A stretch of 64,000 nucleotides of DNA from Octopus sinensis (Eukaryota): NCBI RefSeq assembly GCF_006345805.1, contig NC_043005.1, forward strand, positions 46,252,001 to 46,316,000, read 5' to 3'. Numbering within the stretch: the stretch's first letter is position 1; every line of letters starts with the position of its first letter. The notes beneath the pieces are model-generated. The model was not told the DNA's origin. It searched no databases and worked only from the letters and a program-made list of their open reading frames with translations. Shown piece after piece: positions 11,604 through 23,831 of this stretch. The translations under genes were made by a program, and so were the position numbers.

Positions 11604-11686
11604 TTCATATCACGTTCTTCTGCTTTTGAAGCGCCTTTGCCACTCGAAACATTGCATACGACCCATTGCCTCGTCGCCGTAAACTT

Positions 11687-11997
11687 TTCTACTCTAGGCA
11701 CAAGGATCGAAATTTTGTAGGGAGCGGAATTTTAACTCAGAACGTAACGGCAGACGAAATACCTATTTCTTTATTACCCACAAGGAGCTAAACATAGAGG
11801 GGACAAACAAGGACAGACATTGGTATTAAGTCAAATACATCGACCCCAGTGCATAACTGGTACTTATTTAATCGACCCCGAAAGGATGAAAGGCAAAGTC
11901 GACCTCGGCGGAATTTGAACTCAGAACGTTACGGCAGACGAAATACCGCTAAGCATTTCGCCCGGCGTGCTAACGTTTCTGCCAACTCGCTGCCTCC
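11687..11997 (-). mobile_element. SINE family B with 13-bp TSD
   Basis: TSD TCGCCGTAAACTT at 11674-11686 and 11998-12010; body nearly identical to 6790-7026. Confidence 0.9.
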
Positions 11998-12282
11998 TCG
12001 CCGTAAACTTGTCGAAGCATGTTCGATGTAAATGGGTAACACTGCAACGGACCTGTAGCCCGTTCAGAGGGAGTGTTAACCTGCACTACCTAGCCAATAT
12101 AGTAGCATCATTCCAAAGCTGCAACAATACGCAGAAGCGCATTGTGACCAGCGATGTATAACAACATCCGACAGTTTGGTCAATACAATGACACAGTAAC
12201 ATAACTTCCCATTTCCTTTCCCTCATTATCTAGTGCCTGCTTGCACTGCTGAAAGAAACCGAAGCTCATTAATAGTGTGACT

Positions 12283-12584
12283 TGTTTGTTCCTTCTCGAG
12301 CCACGCTTGGCTCATGGGGCCGGATTCCGGGTTTCCTTGGCGTATAGGTTCCCCACCTGGACGGGACGCCGGTCCGTCGCAGGTGAACTGCAAGATGCAG
12401 GAGGGAAGAGTGAGAGAAAGTTGTGGCGAAAGAGTCAGCAGAAGTTCGCCTTTACCTTCTACCGGAGCCGCATGGAGCTTAGGTGTTTCACTCATAAACA
12501 CACACATCACCCGGTCTGAGATTCGAACCCGCGATCCCTCGACCGCGAGTCCGCTGCTCTAACTACTAGGCCATGTGCCACCAC
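12283..12584 (-). mobile_element. tRNA-derived SINE, family D, with 12-bp TSD
   Basis: A and B boxes on the minus strand (GGGTTCGAATCTC). TSD AATAGTGTGACT (12271-12282) / AATAATGTGACT (12585-12596). Confidence 0.88.
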
Positions 12585-12719
12585 AATAATGTGACTAATG
12601 TTAATGAATTCCATACTTTGGTTTCGGTTCTAGATTGAAAATATTTAATGCTTAGTTGCTCTTGAAAACGTCAAACACGTTTCAACTTGCCATTTCCAAA
12701 ATTTTGAAATGTGTATAAG

Positions 12720-12948
12720 GTAAAGTTTTCTTCTCTAGGCATGCCGACTCATAAGGGCGAGCTTCCCGGTTTCTATGGCGTATATATTCTTCACCTGGAC
12801 GGGAGTCCAGTTCATCGCAGGATTTCTCATTTTTGCCAGCTGAGTGGACTGGAGCAACGCGAAACGAAATGTTTTGCTCAAGAGCATAACGCGTCGTTCG
12901 GTCCAGGAATAGAAACCACAATATAACCATTAAGCCACACGCCTCCAC
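12720..12948 (-). mobile_element. Chimeric SINE: family C head and centre with family D tail
   Basis: CCAGCTGAGTGGACTGGAGCAACG (family C centre) is joined to CACCTGGACGGGA..GGCGTATA (family D tail). Confidence 0.75.
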
Positions 12949-13009
12949 AATCTTTCTGTGTAATCCAAAGCAATCAATTGCAAGACTGTGGCGAATAGTT
13001 TTGTTACCG

Positions 13010-13228
13010 ATGTTTGTTGTTTAGCCGTAGGTCAAATCTGATCATGCAGAACTATGATCAAAAGCGTTCCTGTCGCGATCATACTGTTTTTTTGTTTTTA
13101 AATTCAAACATACAATGACTAGTCCTATATTATCCAGTGTATTCTTCGTTACCTTAAGACAGTATACTACGATTTAATAGAGCTTTGAGGTGCTATTTTT
13201 AGCTGGTCAAGCTACCACATAGAAGCTG
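13010..13228 (-). mobile_element. Old interspersed repeat (SINE-like); related copies at ~9600-9720 and ~17615-17860
   Basis: All three share approximately TATGATCAAA.GC.TTCCAGC and TTATCCAATGTGT motifs. Confidence 0.5.
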
Positions 13229-13331
13229 CACAGTTTGACTTTCAGTGCTTCGTGATACGCTGTTAGAAAATTGAATTAGTTCACGTTCTTTCGAAAGTTC
13301 ATAAATTTCTATGACGTCACTGATATACATG

Positions 13332-13394
<63 letters not shown>

Positions 13395-13408
13395 CGTGTG
13401 GTGTGTGT

Positions 13409-13441
<33 letters not shown>

Positions 13442-13868
13442 ATATATATATATATATATATACATATATATCATTGAAATTATGATTATATTAATATAAG
13501 GATTTATTTAGATAATTCTCATAAGTTTTCATTATAGATATTTGAAATATATAAAAAAAAAATATGTATTATTTCTTCGACAATTGAAATCTAAATAAAT
13601 TTTGAAAAAAGAGAAAACTGGTGCATTCATTGTTACAAATCGAAGAACATAGACTGTTCTGTTGATGTAACAAAAAACAAAAACAAAAAACAAACGAAAA
13701 GATAACGCGAAGACTAAAATTGGAAACCATGATAAAGGCCCAAAGTAAAATATGAGAGATGAAGAATGCATAATAGATAATTTTACACACACACACACAC
13801 ACATACACAGACACAAACACAGACACACACAGACACAAACACAGACCATCGCACACTCACGCTTATAC

Positions 13869-14048
<180 letters not shown>

Positions 14049-14049
14049 C

Positions 14050-15306
14050 CACTACAAAAACTCTGTGTTTGCTTGCTTGTTTGCGTGCGTGTTTGTATAG
14101 TAAATATTTATATTTTAGCTTTCTTTAAACAGACTATATTTTAATTTTTTAAAAAATTATTTTCAAGTGAATATGATTAAAAAATATTTTCGGCATATTT
14201 AAGAAATATTTTAATGTGAAAATGACTTAAAAAATACGAATTGTTTGTAGAGTAAATATTTATATTCAGCTTTCTTTAAACAGACAATATTTTAATTATT
14301 TAGAAATATTTTAAAGTGATGATTTATAAAAAATTTTTTTTAGATAATAGGAATTTTTGCGAAGGAGAATAAGATTTTCTATTCTTAGATCATGCCTCGA
14401 CAAGCAAGAAAGAAAAGATCTGGTTGGTCAATAGATAGGAAGAAGAGTGCGTGGCTAATGAGAGCCGAAGAGGGTGATCAAGATAGTAGTGAACACCAAC
14501 AGGATCAGGACAAGCATGCGAATAGAAGGATCGATGAGAATGATAAAGGAAAGGCTGAGCGTCTGGCGGAAAAGAGGGAGAGAGACAGAAGCAGGAGAGA
14601 TCATGAATCGGATGCTTGGAGAGCTGAGCGTCTGGCAGAACAGATGTAAAGAGACAGAAGCAGGAGAGATCAGGAATCAAACGCTCATCCCTTTGCAGCG
14701 AAAGCAATTCCCAGTTCAAGCGTGCTTTGCTATGACTATTCATAAAGCGCAAAGACAAACTATGGAAAACGACTTGATTTATCTGGAACGACCTGTCTTC
14801 CAACACAATCAACTCTATGCGGCCCTTAGCCACGGAAAACGAAAGGAAATTTTCAGAGTTTCTGAAGAACACCCAGTCAACTAAGAATGTTGTCATCAAA
14901 AGTATTCTGTTGAACAAACTGTAACAGCGTAAATATGAGAAAATATTTATTCCGACTTCAGAAAATGAAAGGAAAAAGAAAAACTAAGACGCCTAAGAAT
15001 AATTTCTTTCAATTTTTTTTAAAAAATAAAATAAGTTTTCTTCAACTTTTCAACTTTTTAAGCTGAAAAATCTTTCAGAACAAGCAGTCGAACATCCATA
15101 GAGATACGGAAAAAGGAATTTTGAAGAGGAGTGATTTGTGAAAAATGGCTGAAAATACTTGTGAATAGTACTACGAAAATTGTTTCCACCAATTTTATGT
15201 TTGCGTTATATAACAATTCCTTTTGCATTTTTGTGGAAGTGTGCACATATGCCTTAAAAATATACTAGAGTTCAAGTTTACCCCGGGTCACGAGTAGTCT
15301 AGTCTA

Positions 15307-15307
<1 letters not shown>
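14050..15307 (+). mobile_element. Non-autonomous Helitron (internally deleted)
   Basis: Contains Pif1-helicase C-terminal motifs and 23-aa repeats, and ends CTAG-T before (TA)n at 15304-15308. The 5' boundary is approximate. Confidence 0.7.
14392..14915 (+). pseudogene. Helitron RepHel remnant: N-terminal 23-aa (STPR-like) repeats fused to the Pif1 helicase C-terminus
   Basis: RRIDENDKGKAERLAEKRERDRS / RRDHESDAWRAERLAEQM*RDRS repeats, then RKQFPVQACFAMTIHKAQRQT..LERPVFQHNQLYAALS (cf. RRQFP..FAMTINKSQGQT..VFSHGQLYVALSR) and TKNVV. Confidence 0.85.
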
Positions 15308-15350
<43 letters not shown>

Positions 15351-15442
15351 TTTCGAATTTGTGTGAATGTGTATCACATTTTTTAATTATGGCATTTTAA
15401 CAAAATTAACGTTTTCATACATAGTGTACTCACCATATTTCA

Positions 15443-15772
15443 AATATAAGAGAAGAAAAAATGGAGAATGGGAAGTTAATTGTTTATTATTAACAGGAAA
15501 TTAATCATCATCCCTTACACCTGTTTCAATTAATATCCAATAAATATTGAGTTTATATGATCTGAGCATAATATCTTCAGTCTGCTATAATGAATCCATA
15601 AACACATATCCAAGGGTATATCTTTTTCCCTCTGAAGGTATGCTCAGGTCATATAAATTTAATATTTACTTACTATTTGTCGAGTATTAAATGAAACAGC
15701 TGTAAGGGACGATGATTAATATGCAGTTAATAATAAACTTCTCAATCTCCATTTTCTTTTCTTCTTTTATAT
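15443..15772. mobile_element. Fold-back (inverted-arm) insertion carrying an HHR-like motif, between TA microsatellites
   Basis: 15443-15580 is a diverged reverse complement of 15632-15772. Plus-strand CCCT-CTGAAGG..GAAA-CAGCTG-TA-AGGG at 15628-15708; the other arm reads CTGAAGA. Confidence 0.75.
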
Positions 15773-17083
15773 TAATATAAACTATATGTTTATATATATA
15801 CATATACATACATACATAATATATATATATATATATATATATATACCTATTATATATATATACCTATTATTTTATGGAAATTAATTCCCCCAAAATACTA
15901 GGTATTGAACCAGTATTTCCTTGGATGAAACCCTCTCTTCGTGAGATTAACATAACCTCTAATCGAAGTACACACACACACACACATACGCACACACACA
16001 CACATTTGTATACACATACACACTCATCTATGTATGTATATCTCCGGAAAAGGAATATCATGTGGTACAACTTACATACGACTTCAATGTAAAGATGTAT
16101 TTTTAAGAACTTCCTTTCTCACAGGAAAACATTTCTCAAAATGCAGCACGTTCCACTAGTTTTTTTTAAACATCGTAACCAGGCGGATTTGAAAGTATGC
16201 AACAGCTACAGCTACACCAACAAAGAGAAAACATACATGCAACTATTGCAGTATATAGCCTATTTTACCAAAGACAAATCCTTCGAATGATGTTCAAAAT
16301 AACGTGCTCATGTTTTTCCCAACCACAACATAACCTACTATGTATCTTTTTCGAAAAACATATACAAAATCTACCCTGCCACTACCAAATGTAGAACATC
16401 ACAGCACTCCCAAACACACTTGGAAATCGAAGGATGCTGGTAAAAGGAATATTAACGCGTAAACAAGCGTAGACAAAGCAATATCGTGCAGAAACGGATC
16501 CCCATCAGCTGTTACACTTCGAACGTACAAAACTTCATGAATCTAATTTTCATCACCAAATCTTACATCAGAGGTCAAACATGTATAGTTCACTTTTCTG
16601 GTTCTTATCTTATGCAAGTTTCCTTTCTTTCTTCCTTTTGCTCCTTTTCATTCTGTCGTCGTCACTTTTCGTATTCTTTTCACATTTTACTTTCACTTTC
16701 GTTCGTTACTGCTCATAATAAGAACTAATCCCACCTCTCTGTATGTATGTATGTATATACATATGTGTGCGTAAGTGTATGTGTGCATATAGTGTGTGTG
16801 TTTGTGTGATATGTATGTATGCGTATGTGTATATGTGTAATTTTAGCGGTGAACTAATGTAAAAGAATATAAATATTAGATACCTCTCACATATATGCAT
16901 ATGCACACACATACACGCAAACTCATGCAAACATCCACACATTTTATGTACACACAGACATACACCACACACACACACACATACACACACATATATATAC
17001 ACTTACATGCATACATTCATACATACATATACGTATATGTATGAATATACATATATGTACATAGATATACGAATATATACGTT

Positions 17084-17118
<35 letters not shown>

Positions 17119-17159
17119 TTGTATGTATAATTTTATGTAAGTCTTTGTATATGTACAAT

Positions 17160-17507
17160 CACATCTTTACGGCAAGAAAAAGAAATATAAAGCAAGAAAT
17201 AATAAATTGATTTTAGTATCAGGGTTAGAAGGCATTTAGCCTGTAAAAAAAAAAGTGTTTATGATGATGTTACTGTGATTGATTTCCTTACAATTTGCTA
17301 GCTCCGTCTATTTAGCAAACAACACTTTGTGTCAATGTCTCCTTTTTGCCGGGCAAAAAGCAAAAAGAAAAGGCTTTTTAAAACCCCATTTTGTTGACAC
17401 TACTCAGTGAAATTATCGGTTGATAGTGGAAGAAAGCCCTTTGGGTAGAAAGTATTTCATTGGGATAATAGCTTTCATTGGATTGGCTGACACGATTAGA
17501 TTTGTCT
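17160..17507 (+). other. Non-coding block with an inverted paralogue at 34482-34840
   Basis: Colinear similarity over ~350 bp, including an identical 29-mer (17268-17296 vs 34706-34734). Confidence 0.85.
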
Positions 17508-17876
17508 TGAATATTTCAAACTAACATAGTCTAAAATACTCTACGTAGTATTATCTTCGTTGCTGTAGTCGTTATTGTTGTAGTTGTCGCTGTATTTGTT
17601 ATTGTTGCTCTTGTTGTTGTTATTGGTTAGTGCAAGATGAATGTTGATTAGGTAAACCTATGATCAAACGAATTCCAGCCCTGATAATCCTGAATTTCTT
17701 TTTTTTTATTATTTTGTGCTTTTTTTTTTAAATGCAGGCATAGTGTAATACAGACTACCTTATCCAATGTGTCCCTTTCTTTTTTTTTTACGACAGCATG
17801 CAATATGAGGGAGATTTAGCTGTTACTTCTAGCAGAGCAAGTGACCATGTTAAAACTCTCTGTGATAAATGTGATG

Positions 17877-18240
17877 TCCATCTATCCATTCATCCATCTT
17901 CTCCGTCCATTATTCTTGGCTTGGAATGATTGAGGAAGGTAGAATCCTCAGGCAACTCTGCCTTAAGGTTTTATCAGAAGCAATCGTCATTAGACATCCT
18001 GGCTGGATTCCGAAGCGTGACCAGCTGAGGCTATAGAAATTATCCAACCATTTTGTCTTTGTCTGTTCCCAAGTCTTCTGCCAGTTGGCTTGGCTCGAAG
18101 AATGCGTCTTGCAATACTTTCCTGTGACATTCGAATCACATGTCCGTAGTACCGGAGTTGTGACCTTTCAATGAGCAGAAGTAGTGGTTCGAACTGGAAG
18201 GACTCCCTGATCTCAGTGAAACGCATCCTGTTACCAATGG
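17877..18240 (-). mobile_element. RTE-clade LINE, 3' fragment
   Basis: EIRESFQFEPLLLLIERSQLRYYGHVIRM..RIARRIL..PTGRR resembles the RTE C-terminal LRWxGHVxRM..GxRxxGRP motif; (ATGG)n-like tail at 17877-17900. Confidence 0.8.
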
Positions 18241-18265
18241 AAACGATATTAACAACAACAATAAT

Positions 18266-18790
18266 ATTGGTTTAAAATTTTAGAACAAGGTCAGGACTTT
18301 CGAGGGTGGGGGGGGGGGATAAATCGATTACATCGATCTCAGTGCTCAACTGGTATTTATTTTATAGACCCTCGAAAGGATGAAAGACAAAGTCGACCCC
18401 GGCGACATTTTAACTCACAACGTAAAGTCGGAAGAAATGCTGCTAAGCATTTTTTTTTCCGGCGCGTGACGATTCTGACAGCTCACCGCCTTACAGCAGC
18501 AGCATGAATAATATTGGTTTCAAATGCTGGCAGCAAATTCAGGAGAGAGGGTTAAGTAGATTACATCGGCCCCAGTGATCAACTGGTACTCGTTTTATCG
18601 ACCCCAAAAGGATGAAAGACAAAGTCGACCTCTGTGGTATCTGAAGTCAGAAAGTAATGACAGACAAAATGTCGCTACGCATTTTGTCTGGCGTGCTATC
18701 GATTCTTTTCTTTTCTTGGAACAAGGCTCGACATTTTTGGGAGAGGGTCAGGCGTTTAGATAGACCCCAGTATACAACTGGTTCTTAAAA
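18266..18790 (-). mobile_element. SINE family B, tandem copies
   Basis: Two copies of AAAGGATGAAAGACAAAGTCGACC at ~18375 and ~18607, plus a further tail fragment. Confidence 0.8.
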
Positions 18791-19361
18791 CAGTTTTTGT
18801 GCATTTATAGAGAATACCGAACTGTCATACACAGGACTTTGTTTTTAAGAATTCCCCAAAAGTTATGAATACCCAAATTGTGAATTTAGTTATGTAATAA
18901 CCTGAAATTAGTTATCCGATAGTAAGAATTCAAATAAAGTAGCCCCGAAAAGGGCTTTAATGCGTTCCCAGAGTATATAGAACTTACGAGGAAATACCAA
19001 TAAGGGACTTATACTAAAAGCATGTTACGTAATAACAGGCTAATTAAATATGAGATAATAACAATTCAAAGAAAATAACTCTGAAAAGGACTTTTGTGCA
19101 TTCCCAGAGAATATTACCCTCAGGGGTGCTAGTGTTGAAATAGATTTACAAGGAATATAGAAACAAACTGACATTTAGTTTTACAGTTACTTATTCAAAA
19201 ATTGTTGAATATTACAATTAATATTCAACCGTAATGTAACTAGATAAAACTTGGTTTATATATATTTTAAGAAGATGAAAAAAATAGAGATGATTAATAA
19301 TTGTCTAATTTTTAAATTAATATGCAATTATTAATTATCTCTCTATTTTCTTATCTTCTTA

Positions 19362-19393
<32 letters not shown>

Positions 19394-19461
19394 TTATACA
19401 TACATACACACACACACACATATATATATATGCATACATACATACACACACACAAAAACAC

Positions 19462-19513
<52 letters not shown>

Positions 19514-19867
19514 ACATATACACACATATACATGTATGTATATATACGTACACATATATATATGTAGGTTTGTGTGTTTGTCCTCTACCACTTCTTGACA
19601 ACAAGCATTGGTGTGTTTATGCCCCCGTAACGCAGCGGTCCGGTACAAGAGACCGATAGAAGAAGCACCAGGCTTAGAAAAACAAATACTGGAGTAGATT
19701 CATTCGACTAGTAATGTTTAAGGGCAGTGCAACAGTATGACCGCAATCTAATGACGGAAACAAATAAAATACAACGATAAAAGATCTGATCGCCTTTGTT
19801 TTTAATCAATCAGAGAACATTTCCTTTTTAAAAGATGGGTCTTCATAGCATGCGATCAATACAATGT

Positions 19868-19913
19868 GGTGTTTCGACCGTATTGCGTGTCTCCTCAGTC
19901 AACGCTATACACC
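19868..19913 (-). ncRNA. Candidate hammerhead ribozyme, type III topology
   Basis: Minus strand reads GGTG-TA-TAGCGTTGA-CTGAGGA-GAC-ACGCAATACG-GTC-GAAA-CACC. Core and stems II and III are intact; stem I is weak. Confidence 0.5.
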
Positions 19914-21438
19914 TCGGTCGAAGACTCTAACAAGAGTACAGGCTCTAATTTATTGAAATCGTCAAACGAAGAAATACCTTGTTCTGCGTGTAACTTATGA
20001 ATGACAAATTTTTCTCTCCTATTTAATGTAGTTTACCTTGTGCCAAAGTCAGAAATCGTAATGGAAAGATGGCGGAGTGGTAGATTTGTAAGGGCTTCAA
20101 ACTAAATCCGTGACGGCATTTCCTTTCATTCTTTTACACTGTAGCCTCATGATGTTAACTTTGTCTTCATCTAATCGGGGTCGATAAAATAAAAAGTACC
20201 AGCCAAGCATTGGGGATGAGGACAATGTAATCGATAGCACGCTTCCCACAAGATATATGGTCATGTACCCATATTACAAATTTTTTTTTGCTGGAGTCGT
20301 AAGGGTTTGTAGTTGTGTACGTGTGTGTGTGCGTGTGTGTTTAGGAACGTGTATGTATATATATGTATGTATATGTGTGGGTGTGTGAGATAGCGTGTGT
20401 GTTTGTTTCGGAACATGTACGTATGTATATGCGTGTGTTTTTGTTTGGGAACGTGTATGTATATGTGTATGGGTGGGTGTGAGTGTGTATGTGTGTATAT
20501 GTGTGTGTGTGTGTGTATGTGTGTGTACGTGTATGTGTGTGTATGTGTGTATGTGTGTGTACGTGTGTATGTGTGTGTGTGGTTCTGGTGTACATTCAGT
20601 AGGATGGAGATTCATTATGGATTAGTTTCTGATGTCATTGTTGTTGTTGGATCAAACATATATCAGACATTATTACTGTGACCATCTAATCTTTCTCAGG
20701 CACCGCTATTTTCTTTTTATTTATTGCAAAAGAAGACGCAAGAAGAGTGTGACGTGAAAATGTTTCGGTTGCTATTTCTAGCTGTGATGCCCACGTCGGA
20801 CCGCCTCTTTCCCGTCATTGGATCCCGTGTGATGTGTTCTGTAATCTTGACGGTCGTATGAGGCGACGGGGGATGTTTAGCCTTGTGTGTTGAGACCGTT
20901 CTGTCACATATGTTTAGATGTCAGTGCCAATCATAAGCGGGAATATATCTCAGTTGAACTTTGGTCTCTCATATGGCACTTTACATGGAATATTGATTGC
21001 AAATGTCAAAGTTGCCAAATCACAATGTAATTGTAAAGCAATTAAAGTTGGCCAGAGCAGTTATCGACCGGCAATCATACATATAAAATTGTGACCCTTA
21101 ATCCACGATCATTTAGTTTCTAATATACTACCGAGGATTAAAGCTGGTCTCTTTTGAAATATGACCAAGAAACTTTATCTTCTTGTTAATATTTCCACTA
21201 TTCTTCAATGGATTCAGTCGGCTCGAAAATGTTTTACAGAAGCTATCAGTGGCTACTTAGCAAGACAAAGCAAGAAAAACAAATGTTTCGATTTTCTAAA
21301 AGAAACTGAGATAGTTAATTGTGAAGATATTGAGATAGTTGTATTATATGTAATTCACGGAGCATTTGAAAGCTAACATATAAAAAAAATAATAATAGAA
21401 ATCAGGCGACGAGGAAAACAAACCAAACACCCCAAAAA

Positions 21439-21614
21439 AGGCGCAGGTGTGGGTGTGTGGTTGTGCTAAGAAGTTTGCCTCCCAACCACATGGTTCCGGG
21501 GTCCCACTGCATGGCAAGTTGGGCAAGTGTCTTCTACTATAATTTGGGACTGATCAAAGCGTTGTGAGTGGTTTGGTAGAAGGAAGCTGAAAGAAGCCCG
21601 TCGTATATAATATA

Positions 21615-21660
<46 letters not shown>

Positions 21661-21810
21661 ATATCTGTGTGTTGTGTGTGTATGTGTGTGTGTGTGTATG
21701 TGTGTGTGTGTGTGTGGTGTGTGTTTGAATCGTTGTTTGTCCCCAACACCGCTTGATGACTGTGTTGGTTTATTTACGCCCGTGTAATATAGCGATCGGC
21801 CAGAGACAGG
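21439..21810 (+). mobile_element. SINE family A, 3'-truncated
   Basis: GGCGCAGG..CCAACCACATGGTTCCGGG..TTGGGCAAGTGTCTTCTACTATA, with internal (TA)n(TG)n. Confidence 0.8.
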
Positions 21811-21867
21811 TAAAATATATGTATATATATATACAACATATATATATATATATATCTAATATATATC

Positions 21868-21906
<39 letters not shown>

Positions 21907-21975
21907 ATATATATATGTACATATATATACATACATACATATATATATTATATATATAATATATATATCTATATA

Positions 21976-22061
<86 letters not shown>

Positions 22062-22145
22062 GGGTGAAAAGGAACACACGAGTTGATATTAATAAAAAAA
22101 CAAGTCAAGATAGAAAATGCTAAAATAATTTTATAAAGAACATTT

Positions 22146-22183
22146 CAGTACCGGTTTCGGTCATTTTGAGACCTTTTCAACTG
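22146..22183 (-). ncRNA. Type I hammerhead motif with U3/A8 core variant, in a ~280-bp insert (22062-22340) inside (TA)n
   Basis: Minus strand reads CAG-TTGAAAA-GGTC-TCAAAAT-GACC-GAAA-CCGG-TA-CTG. Confidence 0.7.
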
Positions 22184-22611
22184 TAACGATAAATAATTAA
22201 ATTTAGAAAAATTAAAAGAAAAGTTTTTTAAAGAATATTGTATATTGTTCAAATATAAGTGGCATTTTCCTTGTTTTCCTGCCTTTCTCTGTCTCTCTTG
22301 TTTACACTTGTGGGTTCGAGGGCGTTGTGCACAATATAAATATATAATATATATATTTATATGTATATACATATAGGTATATATGTATATATTATATATA
22401 TATACATATATATATATATTATTTATATGTATACATATATGTATATATATATGTATGTATACATATATACATCTATATACATATATATGCATATATATAT
22501 ATGTACGCATATACGTATATATGTATGTATATATTTATGTATATATATTTATATTTATATATATTTGTATATATGTAATACATATTTATATATGTATATA
22601 TATATATATAG

Positions 22612-22659
<48 letters not shown>

Positions 22660-22857
22660 TTATGTGTGTGGTGTGTGGTGTGTGTGTTGTTGTGTGTGTG
22701 TGTCTGTGTTGTATGTATATATATGTGTATTGGGTTGCAACTAAATTAAAAATTTTGGAATCTATTTTTTTCGAGAATTCTATTTTTGAATGAATTTGGA
22801 ATCTGTTTTGCTTCTAGTTAATTTTAGTTAATTTTTGTTTATTTTCGGATCATAAAA

Positions 22858-23829
22858 ATGGAATGTCAAGTTAAAAAAAACGAGCATTTTCGACACCTCC
22901 TTCTTTTTGCTTTTAATCATGGTTCTAAGGCCGCAAAAGCTGCTCGCGACATTTGTGCTGTGTATGGAGAGGGTGCCATAACTGAAAGAATCCCTCGTGA
23001 TTAGTATGCCAAGTTCAAAAATGGAAATTTTGACCTCAAAGTCGCACCACGTTCTGACCGTCCAGTTGAGTTCGATGAAGAGCGATTAAACCAACTTTTG
23101 CACGAAAATTCTCGTCAAGCGACAAGGGAACTGGCAGAGAAAATGGAATGCTCCGACACTGATATAGAGAAACATCTTCACTCAATGGGAAAGGTTCAGA
23201 AGTATGGAGCATGGGTTCCTCATGCTTTAAGTGACAACAACAAAAATCAACGATCCATAATCTCCGCTGGTTTGCTTGCTCGTCACCGCTCAACTCATGG
23301 ACACAAACAACGATTTCTTTACCGAATCGTTACTGGCGATGAAAAATCGTGCCTGTAAATCAATATGAAGCAGCGTAAGGAACGGCTTAGCCCCGGTAAA
23401 CAAGCGACACCGCGCATGAAACAAGATCTTCATCCGCGTAAAATGATGTTGTGCGTATGGTGGTACTGAGAAGGGATTATCCATTACGAATTGCTTGAAC
23501 GGAACCAAACAGTGAACGCAGAACTCTATGTTCAACAGATGGAACGACTCAACACGGCTATTCAAAAGAAAAGACCTACTCGGCAACATGGAGTTCTTCT
23601 ACTGCACGACAACACCCGCCCTCATATCGCCAATATGACCAAAGAAGCCATTCAAACGTATGGCTGGGAAGTGCTGCTACACCCACCGTACTCTCCTGAT
23701 TTGGCACCAGCGGATTTCCACCTCTTTCGATCTCTTTCAAATGCTATGCGCGGAGTTTCGTTTAATGCTGATGCAGAATTGGGAGCTTGGTTGGATCAAT
23801 TTTTCGAGTCGTAATCAGGCGATTTCTGC
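22858..23829 (+). pseudogene. Mariner transposase, single frame with several in-frame stops
   Basis: MECQVKKNEHFRHLLLFAF..WVPHAL..IVTGDEK..HDNTRPH..PPYSPDLAPADFHLFRSL. Confidence 0.93.
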
Positions 23830-23831
23830 TA

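Larger units (their letters stand above)
11168..12200 (+). mobile_element. Old SINE (family C head) split by two younger SINE insertions
   Basis: Head GTGGCCTAGTGG..GGTTTCGATTCC..TTGTGTTATTGAGTAAAACACTT. The sequence resumes after each TSD-bounded insert. Confidence 0.65.

Noticed and set aside
16090-16480. Possible Penelope GIY-YIG coding remnant
   Set aside because: Only a vague resemblance; no GIY/YIG motif could be read.
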